DNA of 41,127 nucleotides from a virus. Lineage: Duplodnaviria; Caudoviricetes. The stretch spans positions 1-41,127 of IMG/VR virus record IMGVR_UViG_3300046049_000082; one strand, given 5' to 3'. Both the position numbers and the translations under genes were made by a program. Under the pieces are notes generated by a model. The model made no database searches and was not told the DNA's origin. It saw nothing but the letters and a program-made list of their open reading frames with translations. Shown here one piece after another: positions 27,889 to 35,145 of this stretch. Every line of letters begins with the position of its first letter. Position 1 is the first letter of the stretch.

Positions 27889-28021
27889 AGCACTCCCGAC
27901 CCGTACCCACATGAAGATGATGAATCCCCGGGCGAGCTTGAGCCTCTTCCGGGGCACTACCAACCAACAAACGCATGCCCACATACCGAACACATCCACA
28001 TTGTTATACGGCCGCTGAACT

Positions 28022-28113
28022 GGCCGCTGAGTCGGTAGGATCGGCTTATCGACGTTCTCGAGATCTGCCGCCGGCAGGTGCTTTCCCCGGGTTCGAGTCC
28101 CGGGCGGCGGCCT
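28022..28113 (+). ncRNA. tRNA-like unit 1
   Basis: GGCCGCTG pairs with CGGCGGCC; T-arm CCCGGG-TTCGAGT-CCCGGG; internal hairpins but no canonical D arm or anticodon arm. Confidence 0.65.
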
Positions 28114-28180
28114 TCGGGCGATTGGGAGCGTGCCCTTCGCGTCCACGGGGCACTGGCACACGCTCCCAGTCGCCCACTGC

Positions 28181-28452
28181 GGCCCCAACCTCCCAGCCGC
28201 GTAACGTTCAAACGACGCCGTCGAAAGGCGCCGTCGTGGGTTGCTTCGGTATCGTCACTGTTGACACCGATCCTCTGGATCACGTCCGCCGACGCAGCAC
28301 CTCACGTCGTTGTTCCCCACCCACCCCCACTCCGACACGATGTGAGACGCGACCTCGTCCCTACGTTTCGCTCGACAACAGCCGGCCGTCGATACGGCGG
28401 TCGGCCCACTGGTCAGCTGGCTGGGCTGCGGGTTCGACTCCCGTCGGGGCCA
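28181..28452 (+). ncRNA. tRNA-like unit 2 (272 nt; tRNA-like ends enclosing a large domain)
   Basis: GGCCCC/GGGGCC acceptor-like stem; T-arm GCGGG-TTCGACT-CCCGT; long-range CCCAGCC (28192) / GGCTGGG (28419). Confidence 0.6.
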
Positions 28453-28485
28453 CTCAGGGAGCCGCGAAGCCCTCGCGGCGTCCCT

Positions 28486-28582
28486 GGCCGCGTGACGACT
28501 GCTACGGCTGCGTCTGTGCGAAAGGGGCGCGGCCTACGGCAGCGGGTCATAACAAATCGGGGTTCGACTCCCCGCGCGGTTT
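28486..28582 (+). ncRNA. tRNA-like unit 3
   Basis: 7-bp GGCCGCG/CGCGGTT; T-arm CGGGG-TTCGACT-CCCCG; one long interrupted hairpin replaces the D and anticodon arms. Confidence 0.7.
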
Positions 28583-28749
28583 TGGGGCCGAACGTAGGAG
28601 CGTTCAGGCCGTTTGGAGGCATACAAACTCGCGTAACCCCGCGGGTGATTCCATGATCCTGCCCCGGCGGTACAGCGACTCTGATTGTGCCCCTTCTCTG
28701 TGGGAACTGCCGGGACGCCCGAAAACACCCGAAGAACCGGCATCGACTC

Positions 28750-28920
28750 GGCCTGATAGCTCACTGGTAGAGTGGGAGAGTAGCGCCACCCCACGTAGAG
28801 TACCCCCACGGTCGACCTCGGGCGGCGCACCCGAGATCAAGGTGCCGTGGTGTGGTAGAGCGGCCGGGGTCCCACCCGGCGGCGCATCGCAACGTCCCGG
28901 TTCGAGTCCGGGTCAGGCCA
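28750..28920 (+). ncRNA. tRNA-like unit 4 (171 nt; canonical acceptor, D and T arms with a large insert)
   Basis: Perfect GGCCTGA/TCAGGCC plus discriminator A; TA; D-arm GCTC-ACTGGTA-GAGT; T-arm CCCGG-TTCGAGT-CCGGG. Confidence 0.8.
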
Positions 28921-29019
28921 TTCGGAATCGGTTGACAGATAGCCACTGCCCACCCGAGCGACCGCCTCACCAAAGCAGTTCGCTTGGGTGGGTGGCTGGC
29001 CCCCGACGTACCCCAAACT

Positions 29020-29979
29020 ATGGATTCGCCAGAGACCAGCCGGGAGAAGAACCCCGACACTGATACCAGCACCGACTACAGTCGCTCGGCTGATAGTCCT
29101 TCGGCCAGCGAGCGGTCGCTCGACGAGCTCGTCGACGCGATCGACGCCGAGACGCTCGAGGCCCGCCGCAGCCGCACCTCGACGACCGACCGCGAAGAGA
29201 TGCCACACTGTCCCGAGTGCGGCAGCGTCAAGCTCCACCACAAGACCGGTGGCCCCAGCGGGACCCGCAAGCCCGGCGCCTACCGCTGTGACGGCTGCAA
29301 CGCCCACTTCGACGAGCCCGTGCCGACCGACGCCGACGACCAGGAAGTCAGGACCGACGGTGGTCACGAGGTGACCGACGTTACCCGCCTCAACAAAGCG
29401 GTCAAACAGATTGGAATCGTCCGCGCGTCGGTCTCTCGTAGCAGGCGTCTGGATCAGGACGGCGCTCTCTTGACGGCTCAGTATCTGGTCCGCGGGGTCA
29501 AAGACGAGCTTAACGACCCCACCACACCCCATGGCCCCGATGCTGACGACCCACACACCGCGACCGACGGCGGGCACCCGCCGGGGGACGCTCCGGCCGG
29601 GAACAGGACGGACCCGAGCGGCGCGGCGGCCACCTACTACGTCGTCGACGAGGCGCGGCCGGCCGTCGTCGACGGCCCGCTCCCGATGGCGCGGGCGAAG
29701 GTACTCGCCAACGAGTACGGCCCGGATCATATCGTCGCCGAACGTAGCGCCATCCAGCTACTCGAGAGCGCTAGCAACACGACCGTCCGCTGGGAAACTG
29801 ACGAGGATGTCGACGTCGTCACCGACGGCGGACGCCGCCTCGCGCGCCGGGATCTCGTCGACGCCGTGCAGGCCGACGCCGGCGTCGGCGACCAGGGCCC
29901 CGGCGGCGGCTGCCCGCACTCCGACGACGAACTGCCGTGCTGGGACTGCCTGACCGACGGCGAGGGAGGATCGCAATGA
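29020..29979 (+). CDS. Modular hypothetical protein with a zinc ribbon (CPECG...CDGC) and several TDGG motifs
   Basis: ATG at 29020 directly after the RNA island; acidic composition. Confidence 0.65.
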   Translation: MDSPETSREKNPDTDTSTDYSRSADSPSASERSLDELVDAIDAETLEARRSRTSTTDREEMPHCPECGSVKLHHKTGGPSGTRKPGAYRCDGCNAHFDEPVPTDADDQEVRTDGGHEVTDVTRLNKAVKQIGIVRASVSRSRRLDQDGALLTAQYLVRGVKDELNDPTTPHGPDADDPHTATDGGHPPGDAPAGNRTDPSGAAATYYVVDEARPAVVDGPLPMARAKVLANEYGPDHIVAERSAIQLLESASNTTVRWETDEDVDVVTDGGRRLARRDLVDAVQADAGVGDQGPGGGCPHSDDELPCWDCLTDGEGGSQ

Positions 29980-30260
29980 TCCCCGCCGGCGCCATCGCCA
30001 TCGCGAAGGCCGCCGAAGTCGCCCACCGGGTCCACGCCCGCGCGACGCGGTCGTGCCGGCTGTACGCTGATGACGTCCCCGAGCCCGAGAGCATCGACGG
30101 TGAGGCGGCGGTCATCTGCACGGGCGACGGGCGCGCGGTGTTTGTCCCGGCCGACGTCGAGGACGACATCCGTGAGTGGCTGGACGGCAGCCCCATCTAC
30201 GATGTCGACGGCGCCTGTATCGAGACGGACCTTGTTGTCGGCCTTGAGGAGGTGCGGTGA
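29976..30260 (+). CDS. Hypothetical protein
   Basis: ATGA overlap, preceded by GGAGG. Confidence 0.6.
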   Translation: MIPAGAIAIAKAAEVAHRVHARATRSCRLYADDVPEPESIDGEAAVICTGDGRAVFVPADVEDDIREWLDGSPIYDVDGACIETDLVVGLEEVR

Positions 30261-30261
30261 G

Positions 30262-30753
30262 ATGGCTCAGGCCACGAGTGCTCGGCAGTGGCGCTTCGAC
30301 GACGACACCGCCTCCTTGCCGCGGCCCCTCCCCGAGTCGTGGGCCCGCAACGGCGACACGGAGCCGCTGGACGGCGGCCGGCGTCGTGCGTTCGCCATCA
30401 TGTACCGCGTCGGCCGCGAGTTCGAGTGGACCGTCCGCGAGGGCAAGCCGTTTGAGGGGCCACATCGCGACCGGGAAGCCGTCGAGTTGCTGTACGTGAC
30501 CGCCGACGGCGAGGAGGCCGCCGCCCGCATCTCCCCTGCGACGCGCATCGAGACCGGCGTCCGGCCCCAGCTGGTTACGTCGCGGGCCGCCATCGAGCCG
30601 GGCCAGCTCCAGGATGCGAGCCGCACGTGCTGGCCGTTTTACCGGGCCCTGGTCGGTGCGCTGTACGACGAGTCGGGCGACCCCGAGGACGTATTCGACG
30701 CCTGGCGGTCCGGCGACTCGTCGGCTCTTGAGGAGGTGAGTAACCGTGTCTGA
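30262..30753 (+). CDS. Hypothetical protein
   Basis: ATG preceded by GGAGGTG; operon-like spacing. Confidence 0.65.
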   Translation: MAQATSARQWRFDDDTASLPRPLPESWARNGDTEPLDGGRRRAFAIMYRVGREFEWTVREGKPFEGPHRDREAVELLYVTADGEEAAARISPATRIETGVRPQLVTSRAAIEPGQLQDASRTCWPFYRALVGALYDESGDPEDVFDAWRSGDSSALEEVSNRV

Positions 30754-31153
30754 CTCCGGTCAAAGCTCAGGCGGTATCGACCGGCTGCCGTCTGACCCAT
30801 CGAGGGATAACTACGCTTCCGACTGCGACATTCCGGGTGAACAGAGCGACGATCTCCCCGACCACATCGACTACTGTACCTGCACGAACCACACCGGAGT
30901 CTGTCAGAATTGCGGCTACAAAGTTACTGTCGGTCCATCCGAGGTCGAATACGGTCACGCGCGAGCGAATAACCGCGGGCCGAACGAGGATGGCATTCGA
31001 CGGGACTGCATCCATCGTCCACTTCAATGTAATACCGGAGAGCCGCACGCTTGGGACGGCTACGACAAAGAGGAGTGGAGCAGCAACGGGGCTGCGACCG
31101 ACGGAGGCCGGTCACTTGCACCGGACACTGAGCGGGAGAGAGGCGATTCATGA
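30746..31153 (+). CDS. Cys-rich hypothetical protein
   Basis: GTG after GGAGGTGA; CQNCG and other Cys/His residues; ends with ATDGG. Confidence 0.65.
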   Translation: MSDSGQSSGGIDRLPSDPSRDNYASDCDIPGEQSDDLPDHIDYCTCTNHTGVCQNCGYKVTVGPSEVEYGHARANNRGPNEDGIRRDCIHRPLQCNTGEPHAWDGYDKEEWSSNGAATDGGRSLAPDTERERGDS

Positions 31154-31254
31154 CGGGGGTCGGCGCCATCTTCGCCGGCATCCTTGCCGGCTTTGGGATC
31201 GGCTTCGCAGCCGGCACGATCCTCGCTGGGGCCATCTGGGAGGGAATGGGATGA
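31150..31254 (+). CDS. 34-aa single-TM Gly-rich micropeptide
   Basis: MTGVGAIFAGILAGFGIGFAAGTILAGAIWEGMG*; ATGA overlaps at both ends. Confidence 0.6.
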   Translation: MTGVGAIFAGILAGFGIGFAAGTILAGAIWEGMG

Positions 31255-32306
31255 CCCCCGAGCAGATGCGGCGGCTCGCCGCCCTCGTCGACGACCTCGA
31301 GATGGACGGCTACCAGGTCACGGACGCCGAGCTCCTGGCCCGTCGCGACGATCCCGTCGCCGCGGTCGAGCTGTCCCTTTCCGAGCGCGACGGCGAGGCG
31401 ACCGCCGCCCCCGGCGCGACGCCGGCGGCGAGCGGAATGTCAGCCTTCCCGGGTCGGGTGCCGGCGAGTGACACCGAGGCTGCCGTGACAGAAGAGGTCG
31501 ATGACCCGCAGGAAGACGACGGTGACGCGCCGGAGGACCGAGAGGAGGCTGTCGAGCTGACCGACGCCGAACAGGACGTCGTCGATGTCCTCAAGGACGA
31601 CGGAGAGCTCCCCAGCTTAGACATAAAGCGCCGCACCGAGCGCGGCAAGTATACACACAAGCTGCTCTCCCGGCTCAGAGACAGAGGCGTACTTGAGCAC
31701 CGGAAGGATCCAGCGGACCGCCGTCGACACCTTTATAGCCTCGCGCAGGACGGCAGCGGCGGCGAGATGGCGGGCGGGGGTCACGAGGCCCCGGCCACGA
31801 ACAACAGCGGGGCCGACGACCTGACGCCGGCGGTCCGACCGCTCGACGGCGACGAGTGGGCCGCCATCTCAGAGCTCGACCAGCACGACCAGGCGGCGAC
31901 GGACGCGATGCAGACGTCCGGATTCGCCGCCGACGATGCCGAGGCCGACGATGAGCGCCGTTCCGACCCGTGGGTGTGCTCCTGTGGAGTCGCCTGCGAG
32001 GATCGACTTGAGTGGAACATCCACCGGACAGAGGCCCACGGGGTGCCCCAGAAGCACCACAACTCCCTTACGCAGGGCGAGTTCCTCGAGCGCGTCCGAA
32101 ACTCCGACTCGGTCACGGAGCTGGCAGCGTCGCTCAACGTTGGAACAGAGAAAACACTCCGGATGCTCGGGATCTACGGCGTCGAGTACGTCGGCGGCAG
32201 CCTGCCCGACGATCCGACCGCGAGCGCCGATCTGCTGCAGCTCGGGCCTGAGGCTGGGCCCGGTGAGCGGCAGCGGGCCGGAGCGGAGGTGTCGCCCGAT
32301 GCCTAA
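31251..32306 (+). CDS. MarR-like wHTH plus C2H2 zinc-finger protein
   Basis: LTDAEQDVV..L...LSRLRDRGVLE.RKDPADRRR.LY; CSCG...H...AH. Confidence 0.75.
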   Translation: MTPEQMRRLAALVDDLEMDGYQVTDAELLARRDDPVAAVELSLSERDGEATAAPGATPAASGMSAFPGRVPASDTEAAVTEEVDDPQEDDGDAPEDREEAVELTDAEQDVVDVLKDDGELPSLDIKRRTERGKYTHKLLSRLRDRGVLEHRKDPADRRRHLYSLAQDGSGGEMAGGGHEAPATNNSGADDLTPAVRPLDGDEWAAISELDQHDQAATDAMQTSGFAADDAEADDERRSDPWVCSCGVACEDRLEWNIHRTEAHGVPQKHHNSLTQGEFLERVRNSDSVTELAASLNVGTEKTLRMLGIYGVEYVGGSLPDDPTASADLLQLGPEAGPGERQRAGAEVSPDA

Positions 32307-32703
32307 CCAGATATTCCACTGCCCGACGTGCGGCCAGTGGTCGACCTGCGTCTACCGCTGCAACCGCCAGCACGCCGGCCGCGAGTGCGGCGCCGACCTC
32401 GCCGGGGCTGGGCCCGTCCGCCAGTTTCGGTACCCGAGTGACTTCGGCCGTCGCGACGACGGCCTTGTTGAGGTTCGGTTCCGGCGCATCTGCTGTCGCT
32501 GCGGCGCCGAACGGTTCGTCGCGACCGACTACGAGGACGTCGCCGTCGTCATCCGTTACCCCTGTACTGAGTGCGAGGCGCCGACGAAGCATCGGCCGAC
32601 CGACGCGGCCGTTCGCTACCGTGTCGTGCAGCTCGGCCTCGAGGACGCACAGCCTGACGACCGCGACCGGGACCAGACCCCCACCGTTTCAACTCCAGCA
32701 TGA
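32299..32703 (+). CDS. Multi-CxxC zinc-finger protein
   Basis: CPTCG, CCRCG, CTEC; preceded by GGAGGTG. Confidence 0.65.
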   Translation: MPNQIFHCPTCGQWSTCVYRCNRQHAGRECGADLAGAGPVRQFRYPSDFGRRDDGLVEVRFRRICCRCGAERFVATDYEDVAVVIRYPCTECEAPTKHRPTDAAVRYRVVQLGLEDAQPDDRDRDQTPTVSTPA

Positions 32704-32879
32704 GCACGACCGATAACTCCCCCGACCCACGTACGGACCCCGAGGCCTTCATCCGCGACGAGTTCGACGGCCTCAAGCACGTCCTCGAGGCCATCGCAAA
32801 CGGCGGCTTCGACGAACTATCTGACGACGCGGCGGCCATTCTCGGGATTCTCGGTCAGGACGGAGGTGAGACGGCGTGA
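32700..32879 (+). CDS. Small acidic hypothetical protein
   Basis: 59 aa; ATGA and GTGA overlaps. Confidence 0.55.
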   Translation: MSTTDNSPDPRTDPEAFIRDEFDGLKHVLEAIANGGFDELSDDAAAILGILGQDGGETA

Positions 32880-33022
32880 GCACCGATGCAATTCGGCCGG
32901 AGCGACCCGATGTCAACGAAATTCGTGAAGCTGCCCGCTACGTCGCTGATGCGTTCGACGGCGAGCCGGCCGGCGAACTTGCCGAAATCTACCTCGAATC
33001 AACGGAGGAAACCAGCTCATGA
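32876..33022 (+). CDS. Small acidic hypothetical protein
   Basis: GTG after GGAGGTGA; 48 aa; overlaps the 3' end of the integrase. Confidence 0.5.
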   Translation: MSTDAIRPERPDVNEIREAARYVADAFDGEPAGELAEIYLESTEETSS

Positions 33023-34236
33023 ACGGCGTCCATATCGATGTCGTCGGGGTGGTCGCGGAACCCGCGCTTGGTTTTGATGAGCTTCTCGCGGGCAGCAGCG
33101 TCGTCGGCCTCGATGAGCGAGTCGTCGAGGATGTCCATCGCTCGCTCGATGAGTGCGTGAGCCTCCCGGTCGACGGCCTGGTTGCACTCGGCACAGAACG
33201 ACCGATGCGGGTCGACGGTCGCCGAGCAGCGAGGACAGGGTTGCGATCTGGGCGTCGTCGGTTCGTCGGCCGCCTTGACATCGACGCCATGGGCGCGGGC
33301 GATCTCGCGGTCGGTGTCTTCGCCGAAGACCTGAATGTAGCGAGCCGCGGCGTCGGAGCCGCGGACCCAGCCGTGGTGGTCCTCGATATGGGCCTGGTTG
33401 ACGTTCCGGCGGGCGAGGTAGGCGGCCGAGGACTTCCGGAAGTTAGTTGGCGTGACGGGTTTGGTGACGCCAGCGCGGTCGGCGGCCGAGTTCAGCGCCT
33501 TGTAGAACATTTTATCGGAGATGCGCTCTGGGGTGCCGAGTTTGCTCCAGAGCGGGTCCGTGCCGTCGTCACCGGGATGTTCGGCCAGCCAGTCGGTCAG
33601 GTACTTGACGGCGGGTACGAGGAGGACGCTCCGGCGGTTCTGCTTGCCCTCGACGGTGAGTTTCATCCCGTGGTCGTGGTCTTGACAGCCCCGAACCTCG
33701 AGGTCTTTCAGCTCGCCGCCGCGGAACCCGCCGTCGAAGGCGACGGCGATCAGCGCCCGGTCGCGGGTGTTCTGGGCCGCCTGAATCATCGGCGCGACGT
33801 CCTCGTCCCACAGGAGAATGTCCCGCGGGTCCGGCGTTTTGTCGTAGCTATTCGAGTAGGTCGTTGGAATCCAGGCGATGCTCGCTGGTGGGTCCTCGTC
33901 GCCACGTGGGCCGATGACGATGCCCCCGAAGCGGTTGAGGATAGCCCGCATATCCCGGTTGGATTCCTCGTTCTCGTACTCGGTGTCGATCCAGTCCTTC
34001 AGATCTGCGGCCGCCTCGCGGTCCTCCAAGGCATCGGCGAGAGCGCCGTGCCGCTCGGCCATGATGATGACCGACCGCAGGAGCTTCTTGTGGCGCGCCG
34101 CCGAGAGGTCCTGCGGTCGGCGGCGGTCCAAGGCATCGTCCAGCTCCTCGATGACCGCGCGGTCGTCGGATGCGATCTCGTCGTTGGTCTGGAGGCGGTC
34201 TTGCAGGCGCTCGATTGCCTCGGTGTCGGTGGTCAT
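32989..34236 (-). CDS. int: Tyrosine integrase
   Basis: RDRALI...GFRGGEL, GKQ, FRKSSA, HHGW, ARY catalytic motifs; C-terminal CPRC...CAEC ribbon typical of haloarchaeal integrases. Confidence 0.93.
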   Translation of the reverse strand: MTTDTEAIERLQDRLQTNDEIASDDRAVIEELDDALDRRRPQDLSAARHKKLLRSVIIMAERHGALADALEDREAAADLKDWIDTEYENEESNRDMRAILNRFGGIVIGPRGDEDPPASIAWIPTTYSNSYDKTPDPRDILLWDEDVAPMIQAAQNTRDRALIAVAFDGGFRGGELKDLEVRGCQDHDHGMKLTVEGKQNRRSVLLVPAVKYLTDWLAEHPGDDGTDPLWSKLGTPERISDKMFYKALNSAADRAGVTKPVTPTNFRKSSAAYLARRNVNQAHIEDHHGWVRGSDAAARYIQVFGEDTDREIARAHGVDVKAADEPTTPRSQPCPRCSATVDPHRSFCAECNQAVDREAHALIERAMDILDDSLIEADDAAAREKLIKTKRGFRDHPDDIDMDAVHELVSSVDSR

Positions 34237-34239
34237 GCA

Positions 34240-34378
34240 GCCAACGTTGACGCCAACGGGCAAATAACTTTGGCTGTGAACGTTTGGTCCAAATCCCTCC
34301 CCTGGCTTTCTACCAAATGTTCAACGCCAACAGCGAGTAGTTCACAATCGGGCGGTTCTGCCGGAGGTACGTTGGCGT
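34240..34378. other. Candidate attP
   Basis: Non-coding region next to int; tRNA-3'-like core CAAATCCCTCCCCTGGC (34290-34306); ACGCCAAC repeats at 34250, 34324 and inverted at 34371. Confidence 0.6.
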
Positions 34379-34601
34379 GACGCCGTCGCGCTCCTACGAG
34401 GGTCCGGCCGTCGACATGACCGGCCAGCACATCTCCGAAGCGCCGTACTGGCAGGACAACGGCGAAACTGTCGACGTCGTCGACGACCGCCTTGACGCCG
34501 GCGGCGAGACTCGCGTCGAAGACGTTCCCTCCCCCGGCGGACATGAGCGGCACCCGGACGCGACCGGGCAGACGACGCTCGACGAGTGGGGTGGTGCCTG
34601 A
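34377..34601 (+). CDS. Hypothetical protein
   Basis: GTG after GGAGGT; ends in QTTLDEW, a motif seen in haloviral proteins. Confidence 0.55.
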   Translation: MTPSRSYEGPAVDMTGQHISEAPYWQDNGETVDVVDDRLDAGGETRVEDVPSPGGHERHPDATGQTTLDEWGGA

Positions 34602-34918
34602 TGGCGGGCGCCAAGCAGTGGCGCGTCGAGTGCCCGCACATCGACGGGCGGCCGAGCGAGACCTGCATGGCCTCCGAGATCACGGCCAACAACAAGGGTC
34701 ACTGGGCCCGCGAAAATCGGGTCCCCGACGGCGTTGACGCCAGCGACCTCGGCGACGTGCTCGAGCAGGCCGACAACGACGCGGTCGTCGTCTGTAACTC
34801 CTGTCGGCGGGTGCTGGTTCTCGGCGACGAGTTCGAGGTCGTCTACGGCCCGGATCCGCACTACGCGGAGCTCGGCTATCCTGGCGACCCGCACTCCAAT
34901 GGAGGTGTGTGGTCGTGA
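34601..34918 (+). CDS. Cys-containing hypothetical protein
   Basis: ATG overlaps the upstream stop; CNSC. Confidence 0.6.
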   Translation: MAGAKQWRVECPHIDGRPSETCMASEITANNKGHWARENRVPDGVDASDLGDVLEQADNDAVVVCNSCRRVLVLGDEFEVVYGPDPHYAELGYPGDPHSNGGVWS

Positions 34919-35145
34919 GCTGTCCGATTTGCGAGTCCGACACACTCGATTCGAGCGAGCCGCTGCCTCGACTCCTCGATAAATACTGGCCAGAGGACGG
35001 CCACCCCGACTATCTCGGTCTCAAACGCAAGCTCGAAGCCGAGTACGATCTCGGTCAACTCACGGTCATTACTATAAAAACGCATATTGACGAGCACGTC
35101 GCCTACACCTTTAGCGGATCGACGAACGGAGGGCAGTCCCGATGA
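34915..35145 (+). CDS. Small zinc-binding protein
   Basis: CPIC...HIDEH; GTGA overlap. Confidence 0.6.
   Translation: MSCPICESDTLDSSEPLPRLLDKYWPEDGHPDYLGLKRKLEAEYDLGQLTVITIKTHIDEHVAYTFSGSTNGGQSR

Noticed and set aside
28022-28920. Calling the units ordinary tRNA genes with defined anticodons
   Set aside because: None has a canonical 5-bp stem and 7-nt loop with U33; annotated as tRNA-like ncRNA instead
28022-28920. CRISPR array or stacked att-site scars
   Set aside because: The units share structure, not identical sequence, and each 3' half has its own complementary 5' strand, which att scars would lack
27975-29063. Long ORFs across the RNA island (362 aa, 192 aa and others)
   Set aside because: Pro/Arg/Ser-rich and not acidic, unlike the real genes; expected by chance in GC-rich structured DNA
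33019-34380. 453-aa ORF antisense to the integrase, and similar long antisense ORFs elsewhere
   Set aside because: Shadow frames caused by haloarchaeal codon bias; no motifs
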